From assembly GCA_039933875.1 (NCBI GenBank), contig JBDTNF010000211.1, positions 1 to 59,536 of the forward strand: a DNA stretch of 59,536 bases, written 5' to 3'. This DNA comes from Flavobacteriales bacterium. GTDB lineage: Bacteria > Bacteroidota > Bacteroidia > Flavobacteriales_F > PHOS-HE28. Position numbers and translations under genes: made by a program. Positions 8,221 through 17,100 of this stretch are shown piece by piece (position 1 is the first letter of the stretch; every line of letters begins with the position of its first letter). The notes under the pieces are model-generated. The model made no database searches and had not been told where the DNA came from. It worked only from the letters and a program-made list of their open reading frames with translations.

Positions 8221-10657
8221 CGCTCTTTTGTTCGTTCGCGGGAACATCCTCCATCAACAGGCCCTTTAGTTTCTGGTACATGAACGAGACGACAAGCAGC
8301 AGCGCACCCAGGAAGATGAACGCGGCCACACGACCACCCTCGCTCAGACTGCCAAGGTCGAAAATGAAAAGCTTCAACAGGGTGATCCCGAAGAGCGAGA
8401 GCGCGATCACGCGCATCATCCGCATACGCTGCCGCATGCCGTACCACATGAACAGGAACGAACCAACGCCCCAGAGGATCGGGTAGCCGATGCGCCGCGC
8501 ATCACGCAGCGCATCGCTGAACGCGAAACCCGCGGGCTGACGCGCGAGCAACATCACATGATCGAGTTCCTGACTGGCGAACACCACAACGAACACGCTT
8601 ATCGCCCAGAGGTAAACGTTCCAGCCACCGGTGCGACGCTCGACGTGCTCTCTCGCAAGCATCGCCATGCGTACAAGAGCCATCACCATCAGTGCGAGCG
8701 CGGCATAGTGTGCTGGAAAAAACCCCCGCGCCCCCTGCTTCTCCAACAGATACCACAACGCGCTGCTGCTGCTTTGGTAGAACCCGGTGATATAGACCAA
8801 CGCGGTGATCGTGAACAGCGCTGCGATCGCAGCACGGAAGCCACGAGGTACCGAACGGGTCAGGAGGTCGAGCACAAGCAGGAAGAGCAACGAGTATCCC
8901 ATGAGCGCCATGGCCATGACCGGCCCATCCACGATGCGCCCGAGCTGGTAACGCAACTCGAGAAGGTTGGCGAGGTATAGGACCACGACCGCCAGAACAA
9001 CGGTCACCTTTCGCATCACTCCGGCGGTCAGGCCAAGCAACAAACCATGCGAGGCTTCGCGGCGACGCAACAGCAATGTCATACCGGCCAGGGACAATAC
9101 ACACACCATGCCTGTGATCCAGCCCTTGTTGAATAGCGGGGTCATCGTTTCCGCGGCGCTCCAGCCGTATACGTGGACGAGGTCCATCCAAAGACTACCG
9201 AGCATCAGCGTCATCACCAGTACACTACCGCGCTCCACAAGCCGGAGGTCAGTTCGCTGTGCGAACCACAGGAGCAACACGGCTTCCGCGGCCCAGAACA
9301 AGGTGATGTGGCTACCCTCCAACTGCACCGGGGCCGCCAGGCTGATGAAGGTGAGCACCAGCCCGATGAGCAGCAACTTGAGCGGACGCGGAATGCCTTC
9401 CTTCTTGTGGAAATACAAGGCGAACACCAGGTAAAAGAGCCCGATGGAAACCGTGAACAGGCCCGTGATGCGCAGGGGGCTATCGCTCAATAAGTGCATC
9501 CCTGCGGCGTAGTACGCGGCGGTGTTCACCAACAGCAGCATATGATCCAGCACGCCGAACGCCTGCCGGTGGCGAAGGTTGTAGCGCAGGTTCATCAGGA
9601 AGAACACGAGGAAGAAGGCACTCGCGAACACAAAGGCCATCGCGTACGGGCGTGGTTGCAGATCCGTGTAGGATACGATCGACCAACCACCGAACAGAAG
9701 CAGCGTGAGGACGAAGGACAGGATGTTGATGACGTGCCACTTCTTGAAGTTGGCCAGCACCAGCATGCCAATGTCGAGTACGAGGATGTAGGTGAAAAGC
9801 ACGCGGAAGTTGCCGTCGCCATTGCTGGCCATGAATGGCGATGCGAACCCACCCAGCAAGGCGATCACCGCCAGTTCCTTGCGGTCGTAGGCTAGCGTGA
9901 GAAGAACCCCAAGACCGGTGATGCCGACCATCACCAGGAACGCTGGTGTTTGCGCAATGACGTCGGTGTACTGCTGGTAGGCGATGGCGATACTGAAATA
10001 GAGCACGGCCAATCCGCCACCGACCAGCACAGAACTGAACGCGCGGAAGCTCTCCCGCAACCGGTGCGCGAAGAAGATGAGTATGCCTCCCGCGGCAAGT
10101 CCGATCAGGGTGCGTGCCGTTTCGCTGATCAGCCCTTTACCGATGGCGTAACGCATGAGCAACCCAATGCCAATGACCAGCACCGCGATCCCGATCTTGT
10201 TGATGAGGTTCTCGCCGATGAACTTCTCCAGATCCGGGTGTCGTTCGAAGAACGACGGGCGCGGAGGTGCCACTGATGGCGGGCGAAGCGGTGGTTGCTG
10301 CACCACGAACGGAGGGGGCGTGCTCGCGGCCCTGGCGGGTTGGGTAATAGCGACCGGGGGGGGCTCTAGGGGGACAACGATCGTTCGTTCCAGTATGGGC
10401 TTCTCCGGCGGTGGGGCCATCGCGGGGGGGGCGGATACCACCGGTGGCGGCGCGCTCATGGGCGGGGCTGTTCGCTGTGGCGCTTCAGGGGAGATCGCCG
10501 AGGAAGACGAACCGCGCAGACGCTCCGTGAGTGCCTCCATGCTCTGGCGCGTGGTCTTGAGTTCACGCGAAACGGTGCCCAGTCGTGCGAGCAACACGAT
10601 CATCAGGATGAGGATCGCGATAGGGATCAAGGCGAGCAGCACCAGGTAGTCCTCCAT
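8204..10657 (-). CDS. DUF2339 family polytopic membrane protein
   Basis: Pro-rich linker, LEKFIGENLINKIG, many TM helices, C-terminal TLLKLFIFDL..L....RVAAFI.LG motif. Confidence 0.85.
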   Translation of the reverse strand: MEDYLVLLALIPIAILILMIVLLARLGTVSRELKTTRQSMEALTERLRGSSSSAISPEAPQRTAPPMSAPPPVVSAPPAMAPPPEKPILERTIVVPLEPPPVAITQPARAASTPPPFVVQQPPLRPPSVAPPRPSFFERHPDLEKFIGENLINKIGIAVLVIGIGLLMRYAIGKGLISETARTLIGLAAGGILIFFAHRLRESFRAFSSVLVGGGLAVLYFSIAIAYQQYTDVIAQTPAFLVMVGITGLGVLLTLAYDRKELAVIALLGGFASPFMASNGDGNFRVLFTYILVLDIGMLVLANFKKWHVINILSFVLTLLLFGGWSIVSYTDLQPRPYAMAFVFASAFFLVFFLMNLRYNLRHRQAFGVLDHMLLLVNTAAYYAAGMHLLSDSPLRITGLFTVSIGLFYLVFALYFHKKEGIPRPLKLLLIGLVLTFISLAAPVQLEGSHITLFWAAEAVLLLWFAQRTDLRLVERGSVLVMTLMLGSLWMDLVHVYGWSAAETMTPLFNKGWITGMVCVLSLAGMTLLLRRREASHGLLLGLTAGVMRKVTVVLAVVVLYLANLLELRYQLGRIVDGPVMAMALMGYSLLFLLVLDLLTRSVPRGFRAAIAALFTITALVYITGFYQSSSSALWYLLEKQGARGFFPAHYAALALMVMALVRMAMLAREHVERRTGGWNVYLWAISVFVVVFASQELDHVMLLARQPAGFAFSDALRDARRIGYPILWGVGSFLFMWYGMRQRMRMMRVIALSLFGITLLKLFIFDLGSLSEGGRVAAFIFLGALLLVVSFMYQKLKGLLMEDVPANEQKSDAPQN

Positions 10658-10783
10658 CGGTCGCGGTGTTCTGTGGGCAAGCTAATCAGCAGCCCGCGTA
10701 TCGGACCTTTCACCGACCGGGTAACGCGTTCCGATAGCGTGGGCGGGCATCTTTCCGCCTTGTCCGCCGTCTACCTGCACAGG

Positions 10784-11644
10784 ATGCTCGAAGCGCGGTC
10801 GAAAGAAAGGGGTGGATGCATGGTGGCGCTTCTGGTGGCCGCGCTGTTGCTTTTCCCCGGGCCTGGCGCGGCGAGCCCACCGACCAAGCTGTCGCTTCTG
10901 ACACCTCTTGCATCAAGGATCGGTGATATTACGCATTCGCGTGGGCGCCTCATGCATCACTCGGCCAACCGCAACGGCACGCAGTACTTCCTGATGACCT
11001 CCGCGCTTTCCCTGGATAGAGGCGAGGGGTACTACAAGAACATCATGGTGTCCTTCAACCAGGTGGCGATCGGGCTCACACGCAACCTCTCCATGGGCGC
11101 GGGAGTGGATGTGGCTTCGGTTGTCACAACACGCACACACGGCCCGGTCTGGTTCGGTCGTATGCAGTTGTCAGGCGACCTTTCCGACCTCGCGCATATC
11201 GGCATATCCGCCTTCTACCTTAACTACCCGTTGCCCACGGCGGTCGAACTTCCGGAGGATCAGAAGACCAGTGGCTTCGGCGCGGCACTTGGCATGTTCA
11301 CCTTCGGCGATACGGATAAGCAGATCACGGTGGCAGGTGGCTGGGGCCACGATGGCAAGCGTGCCACCCGTGGACCGGTGCTCAATTTTGCCGCGGCCTA
11401 TCGTGTGTTCCCCAACGTTTCGGTGATCACCGAGCACTGGATCCTCACCGATCCTTACCAGAACTTTCCGTTGCACACACTGGGTATCCGTGTGATCGGC
11501 GAGTATCTGTCGATGGACGCGGGCCTGGCCTATGACCCGCAGATCACCAGCAAGATCACGCCTGTTGGCCTGCCGTTCCTTGCGGCCATCTTGAATTTCG
11601 GCCACCGGCGTGGCTCGTCGCTCAGCGGGAAGGGCCCACGATAA
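10784..11644 (+). CDS. Hypothetical exported protein, probable beta-barrel outer-membrane protein
   Basis: Hydrophobic signal segment, YFLMTSALSLDRGEGYYKN, alternating amphipathic strands. Start uncertain (10784 or 10820). The 3' end overlaps the convergent gene by 23 nt. Confidence 0.55.
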   Translation: MLEARSKERGGCMVALLVAALLLFPGPGAASPPTKLSLLTPLASRIGDITHSRGRLMHHSANRNGTQYFLMTSALSLDRGEGYYKNIMVSFNQVAIGLTRNLSMGAGVDVASVVTTRTHGPVWFGRMQLSGDLSDLAHIGISAFYLNYPLPTAVELPEDQKTSGFGAALGMFTFGDTDKQITVAGGWGHDGKRATRGPVLNFAAAYRVFPNVSVITEHWILTDPYQNFPLHTLGIRVIGEYLSMDAGLAYDPQITSKITPVGLPFLAAILNFGHRRGSSLSGKGPR

Positions 11645-13190
11645 ACGGACGCGCGTAGGTACCCGCATCATCGGAGAGCTGGAGGAAGTATGCTCCCGCG
11701 TCGGTCCCCCGGAGGTCCATCGGATGGTCCAATTGCCCGTTGTTGATCCGGACCTGTTCCTCATACACCCTTCGTCCGGACGTATCGAGCACCCGCAACA
11801 GGACCACACCAGCGCATCGAAGCCCATTACCGCGGACCGTGAAACGCCCCTGATTGGGCACTGGGTAGATCGACCAGGTCGGGGCGTTGGAGCTGTGATC
11901 AGCGATCCCCACGCCGAGGACTTCGTAGCTCGCCGTGGCGGAACAGCCGAACGCGCTCGTGCCGATCACCGTCCACACGCCATTGGCCACATCAACACAC
12001 GGAGTGGAAAGGCCGGGCACGGTGTCCCCATCAAGCAACCAGACATAGCTGGCCAGATCCTGGTCGGCAGCACACAGCGTTGTATCACCGAGGTCGAATG
12101 TCAGCGTCACGTCCGGCACGGGGAACACGACGACCGTGTCGATGTCCTCGAACGTTTGCACCGTTTGGATCTGCACTTGAACGCTACCGTTGGTGCCGGA
12201 GAGGTTGAATGGGAATGTGCCGGTACCGATAGGAAGTGAGTAGGTCCCCAGCAGATCATCGCCGCTCAGGTCGTCCGAGTCATAGAAGCGCAAGGTGTAG
12301 GGAGGGAAATTGAGCGGCAGGAACAACCCGCTCCAACTCGGCGACTGATCGTTGGCGATGGTGGTCGAACGCTGGGTCCCGTTGTTCGCGTCGGTGAGTG
12401 TGAAGTAGATATCCGGCTGGCCCACGCAGCCCACGATGGGAATATTCGGCTCATCGATATCGCCGCACCAATCCTCATTCACCGCTGTCAGCGTCGCCTG
12501 TGTGAGAATGGGTGCCGTCACCGTGGTCACCAACGAGACGATGTGTTCACCGGCATCATAGGTCTGTGGCGGTGGCGTGGGACCGGTGTATGTACCGCCA
12601 TCGCCGAAGTCCCAGTCATACGTGCTCGTGAGCCCCGGACCACTGATCAGCGATCCGAAGGTCACGGTGAGGGGAGCACACGCCGAATCGGGTTCAAAGA
12701 CGAAGCCGATGTTCGGGTCGTCGCTCATGAGGATCGTCAAGGGGATCTTCAACGTCTGGTCCTGGTTAACGGGCAACCCCGCGACCGTGGCCTGGGCGGT
12801 CACATTGATGAACACAGTGTCCTGGCCGGGGATCATGGGTGTGCCGCAGACGCGCACACATCCGAACGGGTTCTCTTGTGGGAAGTAGATGAGGTCGGCG
12901 TCGTTGGGCTGGAACGTAAGGCCAAGAGGCACACCCGTGATGCTCGTCACCGTGATCTGGTCGACCACCACATTGAGCCCGGTTCCTTGTTCCTGGAATT
13001 CCGGCGGGATCCAGAACGTCACATCCAACTGCATGGGCACTCCGACGATCCCTGGAGGAGGAATGGCGGGGCACACCGTGGGGTAGGGTGGGTCCACCGT
13101 GCATGTGTCGCCGATGGCGCAGAGCCCACATTGCCCGAAGGAGGAACTTGCAAAAAGAACCGCCGTGAAGAGGAGTAGCAGGTTGCGCAT
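11622..13190 (-). CDS. T9SS type A cargo protein, paralogue of 5208-6977 (PKD with C2-like insert)
   Basis: Signal peptide MRNLLLLFTAVLFASSSFG/Q; YFPQENPFGCVRVCGTP versus YYPQENQFGCARVCGTP in the paralogue; WDFGDG; IYPVPNQG...GAYFLQL CTD. Confidence 0.85.
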   Translation of the reverse strand: MRNLLLLFTAVLFASSSFGQCGLCAIGDTCTVDPPYPTVCPAIPPPGIVGVPMQLDVTFWIPPEFQEQGTGLNVVVDQITVTSITGVPLGLTFQPNDADLIYFPQENPFGCVRVCGTPMIPGQDTVFINVTAQATVAGLPVNQDQTLKIPLTILMSDDPNIGFVFEPDSACAPLTVTFGSLISGPGLTSTYDWDFGDGGTYTGPTPPPQTYDAGEHIVSLVTTVTAPILTQATLTAVNEDWCGDIDEPNIPIVGCVGQPDIYFTLTDANNGTQRSTTIANDQSPSWSGLFLPLNFPPYTLRFYDSDDLSGDDLLGTYSLPIGTGTFPFNLSGTNGSVQVQIQTVQTFEDIDTVVVFPVPDVTLTFDLGDTTLCAADQDLASYVWLLDGDTVPGLSTPCVDVANGVWTVIGTSAFGCSATASYEVLGVGIADHSSNAPTWSIYPVPNQGRFTVRGNGLRCAGVVLLRVLDTSGRRVYEEQVRINNGQLDHPMDLRGTDAGAYFLQLSDDAGTYARPFIVGPSR

Positions 13191-13258
13191 GGCGAACCGG
13201 TTAAGTGGAAGATGTCTCGAATGTACTCGGTTGGTCCAACGGTCGCACAACCGGGTCC

Positions 13259-13894
13259 TCAAGATCCTCCAACCGCGCAACGTTTGATCGCGCGTTCGAT
13301 ACGCTTGCGCTTTGGGGGCTGTGGAACATCCACCAGGCGCTGCTCAAGGATCGTGACGAAAAGTGTGGCGTCCTTCCCCCTCACCACCGGGCCCACCAGC
13401 TCGGCGTACATGGGCAGCTGGTTCACGGGTGCGGTGCGCAAGTGTTCCAGCAGCAACGGAACGGTGGATCGTGCGAACCGCTCATGCGCCGCCAGTTTCA
13501 CCATGGCCTTCATGGCATGGTCGCGTGTGATCACACTGCCTTTGTCCACCGCCTGCATGATCTGCGGCAGCAGCATGTAAACCGCCTCAGGCTTCACACC
13601 CGCGATGGCGTCGATCGCGCACATGGCCCCCCAGACCATGCGGTTGTCGGGGCTGGTCAGCAGGTTCTTGAACGAGGCGATGAACGGTGCGATCATCTCC
13701 GGCGCGCGCTCACCCACTTCGTACAGCGTTTTGATCGCGTCGCTCTTCAGCGCCTTGTTCTTGCCGCTCAACAGGTCCACCAGTTCGCGAACGCCCGCCG
13801 CGTTCTTCTCCGCCACGATCTTTTCGGCCAGAGCGATGTTCGGCTTCTCATCGTCATGGCCGAGCGCGGAGGCAAGGAGGGAGGTGACGCTCAT
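13259..13894 (-). CDS. Hypothetical all-helical (HEAT/ARM-like) protein
   Basis: Repeated amphipathic helices (DAIKTLYEVG, NRMVWGAM.AI, SVITRDHAM..M.KL); begins 7 nt after the sigma factor stop. Confidence 0.6.
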   Translation of the reverse strand: MSVTSLLASALGHDDEKPNIALAEKIVAEKNAAGVRELVDLLSGKNKALKSDAIKTLYEVGERAPEMIAPFIASFKNLLTSPDNRMVWGAMCAIDAIAGVKPEAVYMLLPQIMQAVDKGSVITRDHAMKAMVKLAAHERFARSTVPLLLEHLRTAPVNQLPMYAELVGPVVRGKDATLFVTILEQRLVDVPQPPKRKRIERAIKRCAVGGS

Positions 13895-13901
13895 GCGACC
13901 G

Positions 13902-15167
13902 TCAAGGTCCGGCTTTTTCTGTCGTTTGGAGCTTGCGTGTCAACAACTCGTGCTCCATGGGCGAACTCGTCAAACGAAGCGCATGTTCGAAAGCCGCACG
14001 CGCTTCCCTGTTCCTTCCGGCTCGTTGGAGGAGATCCCCACGCACGGCATGGAACAGGTGTTGTTGCTCCAGTCCGGTGATCCGGTCCAATTCATCGAGT
14101 CCGCGCAACGGTCCATCAACCTCCGCCACGGCGATCGCGCGATTGAGCGCGACGATGGGCGATGGCTTCATGCGGAAAAGTTCATCGTACATCCGGGTGA
14201 TCGACCGCCAGTCAGTGCTGGCGTAGGTGATGGCGTTCGCATGCAACGAGGCGATGATGGCTTCGAGGTGGTAGGTGGTGAAGAGTTCGCCAGCCGATGC
14301 CCGGGAGAGGTGCTCGTTCCCGAGGGCGATCAAGGCGCGATCCCACTGGGAACGGTCCTGGTCCTGCAACAGGACGATGGCGCCATCGGTATCGATGCGT
14401 GCTTCGGAGCGCGCCGCGTGGAAGATCATCAGGGCGAGCAGGGCGTGTACCTCCGGCCGCTGAGTGGTGGGATGATCCAGCAACAACTGACAGAGCCGGA
14501 GCGCCTCCTCGATCACATCCTCGCGGATCAGGTTTTCGTGACGGGTCGCGTTATAGCCCTCGTTGAACAACAGGTAGATCGTTGAAAGCACGGATCCGAG
14601 CCGGTCGTTCAGTTCCGCACCCTGCGGGATCTCCAACTGGCCAAGCGCGCGGAACGCTTCGCGAGCCCGGTAGAGCCGCTTATTGATCGTCTCCTCGCTC
14701 GTAACGAAGGCGCGGGCTATCTCCGGCACACCGAAGCCGCAGAGCGTTTTCAACGCGAGCGCCACCTGCTGCTCGGGTGCGAGCGAGGGATGACAGCACG
14801 CGAAGAACATGCGCAGTTGGTCGTCGCTGATCGCGGACGCGTTCAACTCCGAGTGCACGGTGGCGGCCAGGGTCCATTCACTGCGCAACAACACGGCGTT
14901 CTCCCGCAGCAGATCAAGGCCTCGCGCATCGCGTCGCAGTTTGTCGATGACGCCATTGCGCGCCACGCGATGGAGCCACGCCTCCGGGTTGTCTGGAATT
15001 CCCTTGAACGGCCACTCCTGCATGGCCTTCAGCAACGTGTCCTGTACCACGTCCTCGGCGAGTTCGAGGTGCTTGCTACCAAAGAAGCGCGTCAACGAGG
15101 CGACCATCTTTCCCGCTTCACGACGGAAAAGATGGTCGGCCAGTTCGTTGGTGTTGCTCTCGAGCAC
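13902..15167 (-). CDS. ECF sigma factor, ECF42-like with C-terminal TPR-like extension
   Basis: Region 2 AEDVVQD...AWL..VARN, DDQLRMFFACCHP, region 4 EIARAF, extension IYLLFNEGY...LQDQDRSQWD...VALNRAIA. Start uncertain (GTG 15167 or 15182). Confidence 0.9.
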   Translation of the reverse strand: MLESNTNELADHLFRREAGKMVASLTRFFGSKHLELAEDVVQDTLLKAMQEWPFKGIPDNPEAWLHRVARNGVIDKLRRDARGLDLLRENAVLLRSEWTLAATVHSELNASAISDDQLRMFFACCHPSLAPEQQVALALKTLCGFGVPEIARAFVTSEETINKRLYRAREAFRALGQLEIPQGAELNDRLGSVLSTIYLLFNEGYNATRHENLIREDVIEEALRLCQLLLDHPTTQRPEVHALLALMIFHAARSEARIDTDGAIVLLQDQDRSQWDRALIALGNEHLSRASAGELFTTYHLEAIIASLHANAITYASTDWRSITRMYDELFRMKPSPIVALNRAIAVAEVDGPLRGLDELDRITGLEQQHLFHAVRGDLLQRAGRNREARAAFEHALRLTSSPMEHELLTRKLQTTEKAGP

Positions 15168-15174
15168 GTTGACT

Positions 15175-15205
15175 CCCCTCACCGGGGAGAGGGTATTGGG
15201 TAAGG
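15175..15205. repeat. REP-like palindromic element (degenerate copy)
   Basis: CCCCTCACCGGGGAGAGGGTATTGGGTAAGG resembles the element at 19954-19989. Confidence 0.45.
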
Positions 15206-15550
15206 CTACATACTCATCACCTGCACGGGCCGTACCTCCACGCTGCCATCATTCTCGAAGATCGGACAGGTCTTGCTCAAATCCGTCGCATCATCAAGAC
15301 TCTTCGCTTCTACGATCAGGTAGCCGCCAACCACCTCCTTGCTTTCGGCGAAGGGCCCATCGGTGATCTTCCTGGCGCGTCCGGTGAGCAGCTTGCCCCC
15401 GCCCTCCAACGGTTCACCGGCGAGCATCTGGCCGCTTGACGCCAGGGTGTCCATCCAGACCTTCCACTTCATCATGTTCGCCTGCATCTGTTCGGGCGAG
15501 GAGGTTTGCGGGTTCATACCCCCGCGGAAAAGGAACATGTACTTGCTCAT
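15206..15550 (-). CDS. YciI/DGPF (DGPFAETKE) family protein
   Basis: ITDGPFAESKEVVGGY and CP...G.VEVRP motifs; the usual partner of ECF42 sigma factors. Confidence 0.92.
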   Translation of the reverse strand: MSKYMFLFRGGMNPQTSSPEQMQANMMKWKVWMDTLASSGQMLAGEPLEGGGKLLTGRARKITDGPFAESKEVVGGYLIVEAKSLDDATDLSKTCPIFENDGSVEVRPVQVMSM

Positions 15551-15606
15551 GGTCGTCTGTTTTTGTCGGGGCCGATGATCGTCGGCCGTAAGTGTTGTTC
15601 GAGCTA

Positions 15607-15634
15607 TGACGAACGGATCAAGCGGATCCGGACA
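15607..15634 (-). promoter_or_regulatory. Putative ECF42-type promoter (TGTCCG-N-TTCGTCA)
   Basis: Minus strand TGTCCGGATCCGCTTGATCCGTTCGTCA upstream of the DGPF-sigma operon; near-duplicate at 16103-16130. Confidence 0.7.
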
Positions 15635-15658
15635 GCCCGTTGTGACTTTTCACGGGGA

Positions 15659-16042
15659 TCACTTGTTGGAGTGCATGGCCATGCGGTTGCCCTCGCTGTC
15701 GATGAAGAAGGCCATGAAGCCGAACTCCGAGATCTTGGTCTTGGGCATGGTCACCGTGCCCCCTGCCTTCTCCACCTTGCCCAGGGCTTTCTTCAGGTCG
15801 GGGTCGGCGTTCAGGTAGACCACACACCCCCCGGTCTTCGAGGGCTTGTGCAATTTGCTTTTCACCAGGCCGCCCGTAGCCTTTCCATTGCCCGGGGTCC
15901 AGGGGAAGAAGGCCATGAGCATGCCTTCCATTTCCATCTCTTCCATCTTGATCCCGAAAACGGTCTCATAGAATTTCTTCGCCCTTTTCATATCGACGGC
16001 GGGGATCTCGAACCAGTTCAGGCTGTTGCTGCTGTTGTTCAT
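15659..16042 (-). CDS. VOC (glyoxalase/bleomycin resistance) family protein
   Basis: NWFEIPA.D..RAKKFYE.VFG, GG.V..PKT.I, F.DSEGNRMA.HS. Start at MNNSSN. Confidence 0.92.
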   Translation of the reverse strand: MNNSSNSLNWFEIPAVDMKRAKKFYETVFGIKMEEMEMEGMLMAFFPWTPGNGKATGGLVKSKLHKPSKTGGCVVYLNADPDLKKALGKVEKAGGTVTMPKTKISEFGFMAFFIDSEGNRMAMHSNK

Positions 16043-16102
16043 GGTGTCGTGTGTGTGTGTTTGCTGGATATGGTCGGGCGTTGTTCGCCCCACCAGGTGT
16101 AC

Positions 16103-16130
16103 TGACGAATACACCACGCGGATCTGGACC
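16103..16130 (-). promoter_or_regulatory. Second putative ECF42-type promoter
   Basis: Minus strand GGTCCAGATCCGCGTGGTGTATTCGTCA; same length and spacing as 15607-15634. Confidence 0.65.
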
Positions 16131-16147
16131 GCGGACCGGAACGCCCC

Positions 16148-16573
16148 CTATTTCTTCTTCACGGTCTTTTTCGGTCCGGCCGTCTTCTTTCCCTTGGCCG
16201 CCGAGGCCTTGGCGGAAGAGGAGGGTGCTGGTTTCACGTCCTTCTTCGGCATCGTCTTCACATGGTCCACGCACAATCCCACCCACTTCTCCAGCGCCTT
16301 GCCGTTCTCCACCGCAGCGGCATCCACGAAAAGGAAGCCTTTCATATCGCCCTTGCCGAATGTCATGGGTTTCGCGCCTGGCCACGTGCTGATCTCCGCG
16401 TGCCGCGTAGCGTCGAAGCGCACCATCAAGTCGCCCTTGTTGGTGATGCCCACGCTCATATTGCCGTTCACCATGAACGCCACACCGCCGAACATCTTCT
16501 TGGGTTCGGCTTTCACACCCAGAACCTTCAGGACATCGGCGATGCGCCTCTCGAAAAGTGGATCGTGGGCCAT
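16148..16573 (-). CDS. TfoX/Sxy N-terminal domain protein with Lys/Ala-rich tail
   Basis: KKMFGGVAFMVNGNM, LMVR, MKGFLFVD, L..WV motifs. Confidence 0.85.
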   Translation of the reverse strand: MAHDPLFERRIADVLKVLGVKAEPKKMFGGVAFMVNGNMSVGITNKGDLMVRFDATRHAEISTWPGAKPMTFGKGDMKGFLFVDAAAVENGKALEKWVGLCVDHVKTMPKKDVKPAPSSSAKASAAKGKKTAGPKKTVKKK

Positions 16574-16687
16574 GTTCGTCGATCGCAATGACCGAAAGGT
16601 ATGGCCACCGACCTCTTCGTTCCATTCGGCCGAACCGCCTCGGACAGGCCGGGGAAGCCCCCCTCTGCTTTCCCGGTCTAGGCTCGG

Positions 16688-16695
16688 TACCTTTG
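16688..16695 (+). promoter_or_regulatory. Bacteroidota -7 element (TACCTTTG)
   Basis: Exact consensus, 4 nt before the ATG at 16700. Confidence 0.65.
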
Positions 16696-16699
16696 CTCC

Positions 16700-17029
16700 A
16701 TGCCCGAGAAGGAAACCCCTGCCAAGATCGACCTTGAAGCATTGTCGCTATCGGATGAAATGGAGGCCCGCCAATTCGTTTTGAAGATCGGCGAGCACCG
16801 TGCCCGTATGGAATACGACAGGAGTAGCGGCGACCGCATCTTCCTGACCCGCCTCGAGGTGCCGCCCGCCCTGGACGTGGAAGAGGTGTCGGCCGTTCTC
16901 ACGGAGAAAGTCCTCAACTGGGCCGAGGCGAACAAGTTGAAGGTGGTGCCTTATTGCGCTTATGTGAAGACCTTCCTGCGCCGGCATACCGCTTGGCAGC
17001 GCCTGCTCGTGAAGGGGGTGCAATTATGA
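16700..17029 (+). CDS. Small GNAT-like N-acetyltransferase (YjdJ-like)
   Basis: RQF.L....H.A.MEY, T..EVP..L, KVVPYCAYV..FL.RH; 109 aa. Confidence 0.8.
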   Translation: MPEKETPAKIDLEALSLSDEMEARQFVLKIGEHRARMEYDRSSGDRIFLTRLEVPPALDVEEVSAVLTEKVLNWAEANKLKVVPYCAYVKTFLRRHTAWQRLLVKGVQL

Positions 17030-17100
17030 GGCACCCTGGGCTGTTCCGTTTTTGTCGCATGCAGCGCTGGACCTGCTAGAACCCCAAAGCCCGGTTCCCC

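Noticed and set aside
16049-16060. (GT)6 microsatellite before the VOC start as a phase-variation tract
   Set aside because: Short; on the coding strand it is an AC-rich unstructured leader, as expected for Shine-Dalgarno-independent initiation in Bacteroidota.
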